Of a stretch of DNA of 64,000 nt, positions 59,680 to 64,000 are shown piece after piece. The stretch spans positions 62,194 through 126,193 of the forward strand of contig JAUJOR010000003.1 in the NCBI GenBank assembly GCA_030447525.1, read 5' to 3'. Numbering within the stretch: position 1 is the first letter of the stretch; the number at the start of each line of letters is the position of its first letter. A model generated the notes under the pieces. That model was given only the letters and a program-made list of their open reading frames with translations. It was not told the origin of the DNA and searched no databases. This DNA comes from Chloroflexota bacterium. Its GTDB lineage: Bacteria; Chloroflexota; UBA11872; UBA12225. Position numbers and translations under genes: made by a program.

Positions 59680-60468
59680 TCAGCTGAACGGCACGGGGGC
59701 CTTGAACACGGTGCCCGCGGTACGTCCATGGAGGAGGTGCTCCACGATGGCGTGGGGCTGACCTCCGTCCAGGATCGTGGCCTGAGCCACGCGGTCGAGG
59801 CAGCGCAAGCAGGCTTCCACCTTAGGGATCATCCCGCCGGAGATGACCCCCTCGCGCTGCAAGGCATCGGCGTGCGCTCGATCCAGGGCGGGCAGCACAT
59901 TACCCGCCCTGTCTTTCACTCCCGCGACGTCGGTCAAGAAGATAAGGCCGGCGGCACCCAGGGCCCGGGCGATGTCCCCGGCCACGGTGTCGGCGTTGAC
60001 GTTCAGGGCCCCCTCCGGCCCCAGGGCGATCGGGGCGACCACCGGGACGTAGCCGGCGCCGGCCAGCACCTCCACCGGGCGGGGATCGATCCCCTCCACC
60101 TCGCCGACAAGTCCGATATCCGGCGAAGTCTGGCGCCGGGCGCGGATAAAGCCCCCATCTACGCCGCTCAGGCCCACGGCGGGGGTGCCGCCCCCCTGCA
60201 GGACGGCCACGAGGTCTTTGTTCACCTTGCCGGCAAGCACCATGACGGCGACCTCGAGCGTCTCGGCGTCGGTCTGGCGCAGCCCGTTGACAAACACCGG
60301 CTCCTTCCCCAGGCGCTGGAGCCACTCGCTAATCACCGGGCCACCGCCGTGGACGAGGATAGGGCGGAAGCCAGCGCCCTGCACCCGACGCAGATCCTCC
60401 AGCACCGTCTGGCGATGGGGCAGGGCCGCCCCGCCGAGCTTGATGACCACCGAGCCACTGAGGGGCAT
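59680..60468 (-). CDS. argB: acetylglutamate kinase
   Basis: VIKLGGAAL, ILVHGGGP, NVNADTVAG. Confidence 0.85.
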   Translation of the reverse strand: MPLSGSVVIKLGGAALPHRQTVLEDLRRVQGAGFRPILVHGGGPVISEWLQRLGKEPVFVNGLRQTDAETLEVAVMVLAGKVNKDLVAVLQGGGTPAVGLSGVDGGFIRARRQTSPDIGLVGEVEGIDPRPVEVLAGAGYVPVVAPIALGPEGALNVNADTVAGDIARALGAAGLIFLTDVAGVKDRAGNVLPALDRAHADALQREGVISGGMIPKVEACLRCLDRVAQATILDGGQPHAIVEHLLHGRTAGTVFKAPVPFS

Positions 60469-60527
60469 GCCCGATGGGGGGGGCGCCGGGGGCGTCACCG
60501 AGGGGCTCAGGTGTGCTGCGGAACGGT

Positions 60528-61787
60528 TCACGTGGTGTAGTCGCTGTTCAGGCGCACGTACTCTGGGGTGAGGTCGCAGCCCCAGGCAGTGGCCGACCCG
60601 CCGCCGAGGTGGAGATGGACGCCCAGGCGTACCTCTTTACCCTGCATCTCGGCCGCGGCCGCTCCCTGATCGTAGTCGGTCGCCAGGCCGGCCTCCACTA
60701 CCCGGACGCGCCCGATGGTGACCTCCAGCCGGTCGGGGTCGAGGGCGGCCCCGGCGTACCCGGCGGCGCAGGCGATACGCCCCCAGTTGGGGTCGGCCCC
60801 CAGCACGGCCGCTTTGAGCAAGGTAGATCCGGCGATGGCGCGGGCGACTGTGCGGGCGTCGGCGTCACTCGCCGCCCCGTCGACGCGCACCTCGACAAAC
60901 TTGGTGGCCCCCTCCCCGTCGCGGGCCATGGCCTGGGCCAGCCCCAGGCAGACGTGGCCCAAGGCCTGCTCGAACGGCACGCACTCCGGCTGCGAGCCAT
61001 CCAGGGGCTCCCGCCCCGGGGCCCAGGCCGCCCCGTTGGCAAGCAGGAGGGTGGTGTCGTTGGTGGACATATCACCGTCGATGATGATCATGTTGAAGCT
61101 GTCCTGCACGGCGTGCAGCAGGGCCTTTTGTAGGTAGGCCCCCTCCACGGCGGCGTCCGTGCCGACAAAGGCCAGCATGGTGGCCATGTGGGGGGCGATC
61201 ATGGCCGCCCCCTTGGCCATCCCGGCAACCGTGACCGCACCCCCGTTGGCTCCGGCCACCGCGAAGCGGGCGGCCGCCGTCTTGGGCACCGTGTCGGTGG
61301 TCATCATGGCTTGGACGGCGGCCGTCCCTCCCTCTCGCGAGAGGGCCAGCGCGCGGATCCCGGGCACCAGCTTCCCCATGTCCAGCGGGACGCCGATCAC
61401 CCCGGTAGAGGCCACAAAGACCTCTTCCGGACGCACCCCGTAGCGGGACCCCGGCCCTTCGGCAAAGGCGGCCTGCATGCGCCGGGCATTAGCCAGGCCG
61501 GCGGCCCCGGTCATGGCGTTGGCATTACCGCTGTTGAAGACAATGGCCCGGGCGTGGCTCACGCCCCCGCCGACCCGGGCCAGCGCTTCCTGGCACAGGA
61601 GCACCGGGGCCGCTTTGACCTTGTTTGTCGTAAACGTCCCGGCGGCCATCGCCGGGCGCTCGGACAGGATGGCGCCGACGTCCTTGCGCCCGCTGGGCTT
61701 CAGGCCACAGCGATCACCCCCGGCCAGGAACCCCTGCACCGCCGTGATGTCGCCCTCGACCACCTCAATCTGTGGCGTATCCGTCAT
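60528..61787 (-). CDS. argJ: bifunctional glutamate N-acetyltransferase / amino-acid acetyltransferase ArgJ
   Basis: ArgJ autoproteolysis site region ATMLAFVGTDAAV and C-terminal ...CDLTPEYVRLNSDYTT. Confidence 0.85.
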   Translation of the reverse strand: MTDTPQIEVVEGDITAVQGFLAGGDRCGLKPSGRKDVGAILSERPAMAAGTFTTNKVKAAPVLLCQEALARVGGGVSHARAIVFNSGNANAMTGAAGLANARRMQAAFAEGPGSRYGVRPEEVFVASTGVIGVPLDMGKLVPGIRALALSREGGTAAVQAMMTTDTVPKTAAARFAVAGANGGAVTVAGMAKGAAMIAPHMATMLAFVGTDAAVEGAYLQKALLHAVQDSFNMIIIDGDMSTNDTTLLLANGAAWAPGREPLDGSQPECVPFEQALGHVCLGLAQAMARDGEGATKFVEVRVDGAASDADARTVARAIAGSTLLKAAVLGADPNWGRIACAAGYAGAALDPDRLEVTIGRVRVVEAGLATDYDQGAAAAEMQGKEVRLGVHLHLGGGSATAWGCDLTPEYVRLNSDYTT

Positions 61788-61845
61788 CAGCGCCCTCTGC
61801 CGCCGCCGTTCCTTCGCTGCTGGTGCCCCGCCGGCCCCCAGAGCC

Positions 61846-64000
61846 TTAAATGAAGAGCGGGGCCAGCACCAGGGTAATGGTGCTCAGCAGCTTGATCAAG
61901 ACGTGCAAGGACGGCCCGGCGGTGTCCTTGAAGGGGTCGCCCACGGTATCGCCGACGACGGCCGCGGCGTGCTCCGGCGTCCCCTTCCCCAGGGACTTCC
62001 CGGTGGTCAGGCTCTTGAGCTGCCCGGATTCAATGAACTTCTTGGCGTTGTCCCAGGCCCCGCCCCCGTTGTTGAGCACGGTGGCGAGGAGAATACCGGC
62101 CATCGTCCCCACCATCAGGAAGGCAGCGGCCGCCTCCCAGCGCAGGATCAAGCCAACGGCGACAGGCGCGGCCACGGCCAGGATGCCCGGTAGGACCATC
62201 TCTCGCAGGGCCGCGCGCGTGGAGATGTCCACGCACTGGCGGTAATCCGGGCGAGACGTCCCGGCCATGATCCCGGGATCGGTGCGGAACTGCCGGCGCA
62301 CCTCCTCGATCATCGCCCCGGCAGCCTTGCCGACGGCACGGATAGCCAGGGAACTGAACAGGAATACCAGCATGGCGCCCAGGAAGCCGCCGATAAAGAC
62401 CTCCACCTTGGAGATGTCCACCGCCAGGTGCCCGGCCGCCAGGCCGCTCCCGGCCGTGCTCGTGGCGGCCGTGTCACGAGCCCCGATTACCAGGCGCACC
62501 TCGTCCAGAAAGGCGGAGAAGAGGAGGAAGGCCGCCAGAGCCGCCGAGCCGATGGCGTAGCCCTTGGTCAGGGCCTTGGTGGTGTTCCCCACAGAGTCCA
62601 GGGCGTCCGTGTTGCGACGCACGTCCTCCGGCTGGTCGCTCATCTCCACGATGCCCCCGGCGTTGTCCGTGATGGGGCCGAAGGTGTCCATGGCCAGGAT
62701 GTAGCCGGCGCTCATCAGCATGCCCATGGTGGCGATAGCCGTGCCGTAGATCCCAGCGGCCGCCCCATTCTGGAGCTGCAGGCTGGGACCGGCCTGCAGG
62801 CCCAGGCCGTAGGAGACGAACAGGGCCAGCGAGATCGTCAGGGCGGGCAGGGCGGTGTTCTCGAAGCCGATAGCCATACCGGCGATGATGTTCGTCGCCG
62901 GACCGGTGCGCGAGGCGTTGGCGATCTCCTGCACCGGGCGCCACGACCCCGAGGTGTAGTACTGGGTGATGTAGACGAAGGCCACGCTGGTGAGGATGCC
63001 CACGACGCCGCACCAGAAGAACCACACGCTCCCCAGGACGAACACGCTGGCGATAAACATCCCCACCGTGCACAAGCCCGCCGTCACCCAATAGCCCCGA
63101 TCCAGGGCCCGCTGGGCGCTGCGCCCGCCGTCGCTGTTGATGATCCCACCCCCGCGGACGACGAGGATGCCGACGATAGAGGCGATCAAGCCGAAGGCGC
63201 GTACGATGAGGGGGAAGAAGATCCAGGCCGGGTTGCGCGTGGCCACGTAGATGGCCACGCCGAGGATCATGGCCCCGATGTTCTCGGCCGCCGTGGACTC
63301 GAACAGGTCGGCGCCGCGCCCGGCGCAGTCCCCCACGTTGTCGCCCACCAGGTCGGCGATCACCGCCGGGTTGCGCGGGTCGTCCTCAGGGATACCGGCC
63401 TCCACCTTGCCCACCAAGTCGGCCCCGACGTCGGCCGCCTTGGTGTAGATCCCCCCGCCGAGCTGAGCGAACAGGGCGACGAAGCTGGCGCCGAAGCCGA
63501 AGCCGACGATCAGCGAGGGCGCCACCGGGATGCCGTTGGCTTGTGCCCCCACGCCACCATAGAGCTCGAAGAGGCCGTACACCCCCAGGAGTGACAGGGC
63601 CACCACCAGGAGGCCGGACACCGCCCCACCCCGCAGGGCGATGATCAGGGCGTCGCCGACGGAGGTGCGGGCCGCCGCCGCCGTGCGTAGATTTGCGCGC
63701 ACGGCGATGAGCATGCCGATAAAGCCGGCCAGGGCGGAGCAGATGGCCCCGAAGATGAAGGCCACCGCCGTGCGCCAGGCGACGTTAAGCCCCTCGTCCG
63801 CCCCGGCCTGGGCGGTGCGGATGATCCCCAACAGGGCGGCGATGCCCACGGCGGCGACCAGTGACAGCACGGCGATGGTGCGGTACTGTCGGTTCAGGAA
63901 GGCCATCGCCCCCTCGTAGATAGTGTCGGCGACCGATTGCATGGACGTGGGGCCGACGTCACGCCGCATCACGTCCCAAGCCAGGTAGACCGCCACAAGC
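61846..64000 (-). CDS. hppA: membrane-bound proton-translocating pyrophosphatase (5' end beyond window)
   Basis: [54 protein letters not shown] are hallmark H+-PPase motifs. The ORF is still open at 64000. Confidence 0.85.
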   Translation of the reverse strand, partial: LVAVYLAWDVMRRDVGPTSMQSVADTIYEGAMAFLNRQYRTIAVLSLVAAVGIAALLGIIRTAQAGADEGLNVAWRTAVAFIFGAICSALAGFIGMLIAVRANLRTAAAARTSVGDALIIALRGGAVSGLLVVALSLLGVYGLFELYGGVGAQANGIPVAPSLIVGFGFGASFVALFAQLGGGIYTKAADVGADLVGKVEAGIPEDDPRNPAVIADLVGDNVGDCAGRGADLFESTAAENIGAMILGVAIYVATRNPAWIFFPLIVRAFGLIASIVGILVVRGGGIINSDGGRSAQRALDRGYWVTAGLCTVGMFIASVFVLGSVWFFWCGVVGILTSVAFVYITQYYTSGSWRPVQEIANASRTGPATNIIAGMAIGFENTALPALTISLALFVSYGLGLQAGPSLQLQNGAAAGIYGTAIATMGMLMSAGYILAMDTFGPITDNAGGIVEMSDQPEDVRRNTDALDSVGNTTKALTKGYAIGSAALAAFLLFSAFLDEVRLVIGARDTAATSTAGSGLAAGHLAVDISKVEVFIGGFLGAMLVFLFSSLAIRAVGKAAGAMIEEVRRQFRTDPGIMAGTSRPDYRQCVDISTRAALREMVLPGILAVAAPVAVGLILRWEAAAAFLMVGTMAGILLATVLNNGGGAWDNAKKFIESGQLKSLTTGKSLGKGTPEHAAAVVGDTVGDPFKDTAGPSLHVLIKLLSTITLVLAPLFI

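Noticed and set aside
1-64000. Searched by eye for CRISPR arrays, tRNA or rRNA genes and integrase/att pairs
   Set aside because: No regularly spaced short repeats, no cloverleaf-compatible segments and no rRNA-like conserved stretches were seen. The only recombinase is a chromosomal Xer type without flanking att-like repeats.

Overview
This is a high-GC (~70%) bacterial chromosomal window. Codon usage and protein matches are most consistent with Chloroflexota/Thermomicrobia-like or similar high-GC lineages, but I cannot confirm taxonomy from sequence alone. Identifications are from reading the six-frame translations for family motifs; no searches were run. Gene content is heterogeneous and falls into five blocks.

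(1) 1-7300: an intact sugar-type ABC solute-binding protein gene, then a run of decayed genes: a sulfatase fragment, a DUF151 bifunctional-nuclease gene, two nucleotidyltransferase fragments, an APH-fold fragment, an alpha/beta-hydrolase fragment and a fused VapB-VapC remnant. A nucleoside-phosphorylase-family gene in this block looks intact.

(2) 7400-12500: a small ORF translationally coupled to a pair of ABC exporter genes, one of which carries an in-frame TAG. A divergently transcribed WYL-domain regulator sits upstream, with a palindromic candidate operator in the shared promoter region.

(3) 12500-14250: a second decay patch. It holds a hydrolase fragment truncated by an IS3-family remnant that itself carries a frameshift, an ABC ATPase C-terminal fragment, and a hicAB toxin-antitoxin pair whose hicA frame lacks a stop.

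(4) 14253-24617: a ~10 kb block bounded by two ~166-bp direct repeats (~98% identical). It carries an SMP-30/gluconolactonase gene, a YciI-like gene paired with an ECF42-like sigma factor, two divergent SAM methyltransferases, a GNAT acetyltransferase, an internally deleted solute-binding protein, a frameshifted hypothetical, an APH-fold kinase-like gene and another hypothetical.

(5) 24898-64000: mostly intact housekeeping and accessory operons. An HExxH protein and a HEAT-repeat protein flank a hen1-pnkp RNA-repair operon that is preceded by tandem 24-bp repeats and a long-range inverted repeat. Then come a TPP enzyme, an E2-lipA-lipB operon, an aminotransferase, moaA, an IlvD/EDD-family dehydratase, a Rieske protein, PNP, a Xer recombinase and an M20 peptidase. 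An exopolysaccharide locus follows (GT4, priming sugar transferase, GT4, two Wzz paralogs, BY-kinase, a 1160-aa polytopic membrane protein). The window ends with argH-argD-argB-argJ and a partial H+-pyrophosphatase gene.

I found no rRNA, tRNA or CRISPR array. The candidates most worth a second look are the repeat-bounded 10-kb block, the kinase-like/HExxH/HEAT neighbourhood beside Hen1-Pnkp, the stop-containing ABC exporter under a WYL regulator, and the two gene-decay patches with toxin-antitoxin remnants.
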